This document shows, piece after piece, positions 62,244-64,000 of a stretch of DNA of 64,000 bases. The notes beneath the pieces are model-generated. The model saw nothing but the letters and a program-made list of their open reading frames with translations. It searched no databases and was not told where the DNA came from. The translations under genes were made by a program, and so were the position numbers. The stretch lies in NCBI GenBank assembly GCA_041690175.1, contig JAWLHV010000004.1, positions 238,097-302,096 of the forward strand. Direction: 5' to 3'. Source of the DNA: Dehalococcoidia bacterium (GTDB taxonomy: Bacteria; Chloroflexota; Dehalococcoidia; UBA2979). Every line of letters starts with the position of its first letter. The stretch's first letter is position 1.

Positions 62244-63899
62244 CTAGCCCTCCAGCCAGACCTCGCCGAAGTTCGGGGCGCCGGACCGCGTGACCGGGAT
62301 GATGTCCAGGCCGCGCAGACGCGGGCCAAGCAGGTGGATGTTGATGTTGTCCGAGTACGGCAGCATCCACGGGTCGTTCAGCCACAGGTCCCGGAAGGTC
62401 GCGTAGTGAGCCTGCGCCTCCTCGGAGAGCGGGTCCATGCCTCCGAGCGCGGTGATCAGGTCCTGGTACTCCTGCCGGTCGTAGTGGCTGGGGTTCGGGA
62501 TCCGGAACGGGAACGTCTGCTGGAAGTTCGTGACCGGGGTCATCTCCGCGAACCCGCTCAGCGAGAGCCAGAGGTCCGGGAACTCCCGCGCCTGGAACTT
62601 CGCCAGGTAGGCGTTGCCGTCCATGGGCCCGAGTTCGATCTCCACACCGATCTCGCCCAGGTTCTGCTGGACCAGTTCGGCATAGCGGCCGTCGCGGGCG
62701 GCGTTGTACTCCAGCATCAGCGGCCGGGTCTGGGAGAAGCCGGCCTCCTGGATCAGGGCGCGCGCGCGGTCCGGGTCGTAGAACTCCGCTTCCATGTCCT
62801 CGAAGAACGCGGGCGAGGTCGGCGGCCAGGGCTGCACCGTGACGCGGGCGAAGCCTTCCTCGATCTCCTCCGCGAAGCGGCGGCGGTCGATGGACAGGAA
62901 CATCGCCTGGCGGACGCGCGGGTCCTGGAGCATGGGATTGGTGACGTTCATCCCGGCGTAGCGGACGCCGCGGCGGGCGGAGACCACTGCCTGGTCGCGG
63001 AAGCGGCGGGCCGCTGACGGCGCCGCGCGCAGCCAGAAGTCCAGTTCGCCGGCCTCGTACGCCAGCGACGCCGCGTCGTCGTCGGAGAAGATCGTGACCT
63101 CAATGGCGTCCACGAAGGGACCGCCGGTGGCGTCGTGGTTGTGCCAGTTGTCGTGGGCCTCCAGGCGGTAGCCCTGGCCCGGGACCCACTCGGCGAACGT
63201 GAACGGGCCGGTGCCCTGGCCGTCCGTGCCGGCCAGCAGCGCCGGGAAGGAGTCCTTGTGCGTCACGGTCAACTGCGCGAAGAAGTCCGTCATGTTGCCG
63301 CGCGGCTGGTCGAACGTGAACTCGATGGTGCGGTCGTCCACCTTCTTCGCTTCCGTGATGTAGCGGGCGAAGGTAGCGATCTGGATGGAGCCGTTGACGC
63401 CGTGCGCGGACGGGTCACGCATGACGTCCAGGCCGAAGAGGACGTCCTCCACGGTCACCGGCGCGCCGTTGTGGAACTCCAGGCCGGGCTTCAGGCTCAT
63501 CACCAGGCCCGTGAGGTCGTCGTTGTACTCGTAGCGGTCCACCAGGACCAGGCGGGGCTCCAGGCTGTCGACGTACTGGACGATCGGCTCAAAGACGGAC
63601 TGGTCCAGGTAGTTGTTCTGCGGCACCAGCAGGTACGGGTGCCCGGTGTTCACGGACAGGTCCGTGGTGGAGGCGCCGCGGATGGTGCCGCTGCGAGGGC
63701 GGCCTGGCTCTGGGGTGCTGGTGGCGGTGCTGCCGCCGGGCGTGGTGGTGCCGCCGCCGCCGGGCGTGGCCGTGGCGTCTTCGTCGCCACCACAGGCCGC
63801 GAGGAAGGCGAGGCCTGCAGCCCCCATCCCGCCGTACTGCAGCAGACGGCGTCGCGGCAGGCTCCGGGTCAGCGCCCCGGGGTGCATCTCTTCAGTCAC
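62244..63899 (-). CDS. Family 5 ABC substrate-binding lipoprotein with Tat signal
   Basis: RRRLL twin-arginine, FLAAC lipobox, LKPGLEFHNG..TVEDV, GTGPF, DPRVRQA. Confidence 0.92.
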   Translation of the reverse strand: MTEEMHPGALTRSLPRRRLLQYGGMGAAGLAFLAACGGDEDATATPGGGGTTTPGGSTATSTPEPGRPRSGTIRGASTTDLSVNTGHPYLLVPQNNYLDQSVFEPIVQYVDSLEPRLVLVDRYEYNDDLTGLVMSLKPGLEFHNGAPVTVEDVLFGLDVMRDPSAHGVNGSIQIATFARYITEAKKVDDRTIEFTFDQPRGNMTDFFAQLTVTHKDSFPALLAGTDGQGTGPFTFAEWVPGQGYRLEAHDNWHNHDATGGPFVDAIEVTIFSDDDAASLAYEAGELDFWLRAAPSAARRFRDQAVVSARRGVRYAGMNVTNPMLQDPRVRQAMFLSIDRRRFAEEIEEGFARVTVQPWPPTSPAFFEDMEAEFYDPDRARALIQEAGFSQTRPLMLEYNAARDGRYAELVQQNLGEIGVEIELGPMDGNAYLAKFQAREFPDLWLSLSGFAEMTPVTNFQQTFPFRIPNPSHYDRQEYQDLITALGGMDPLSEEAQAHYATFRDLWLNDPWMLPYSDNINIHLLGPRLRGLDIIPVTRSGAPNFGEVWLEG

Positions 63900-64000
63900 T
63901 GTGTTCCCCTCCGGTAGGGCGGATGGGTCACACCCGCCAGCCAATTCAACCCTCAGCGGCCGGTCTGGCTGCTGAGTCGTTCCGCAAACGAGCGCGCGAT

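Noticed and set aside
1-64000. tRNA, rRNA, CRISPR array, IS element, integrase or prophage
   Set aside because: No recognisable signatures found on reading either strand; covariance-model searches were not possible

Overview
Gene-dense, high-GC (about 70% by eye) bacterial chromosomal window with about 70 CDSs and no rRNA, tRNA, CRISPR array, transposase or prophage. The gene content is consistent with a Chloroflexota (Dehalococcoidia/Tepidiformales-like) genome, but this is inference only. It includes paralogous catabolic enzymes (2 cytochrome P450, 2 luciferase-like monooxygenases, 3 family-III CoA transferases, 3 crotonases, 2 acyl-CoA dehydrogenases) and Thr/Pro-rich lipoproteins. Notable parts: (1) a LuxR-HTH/transmembrane/beta-propeller one-component regulator; (2) a metal/tetrapyrrole uptake region (26.4-33.6 kb) with a BtuFCD/FecBCD-type ABC system, a His-rich zinc-ribbon protein that seems to start at ATC, an uncharacterised Cys/His protein and a cobalamin riboswitch driving a second binding protein; (3) two small zinc-finger-like proteins, one missing from the ORF track; (4) an AT-rich then highly structured intergenic region at 18.4-18.75 kb; (5) two islands of small stress-type genes (UdgX, ChaB, Rho-N-like, MscL with zinc ribbon, DUF1059, class F sortase); (6) a peptide-type ABC transporter plus CoA-dependent catabolic operon at the right end. 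Several genes appear leaderless. Start codons were refined by eye and family calls come from motif recognition, not database searches.
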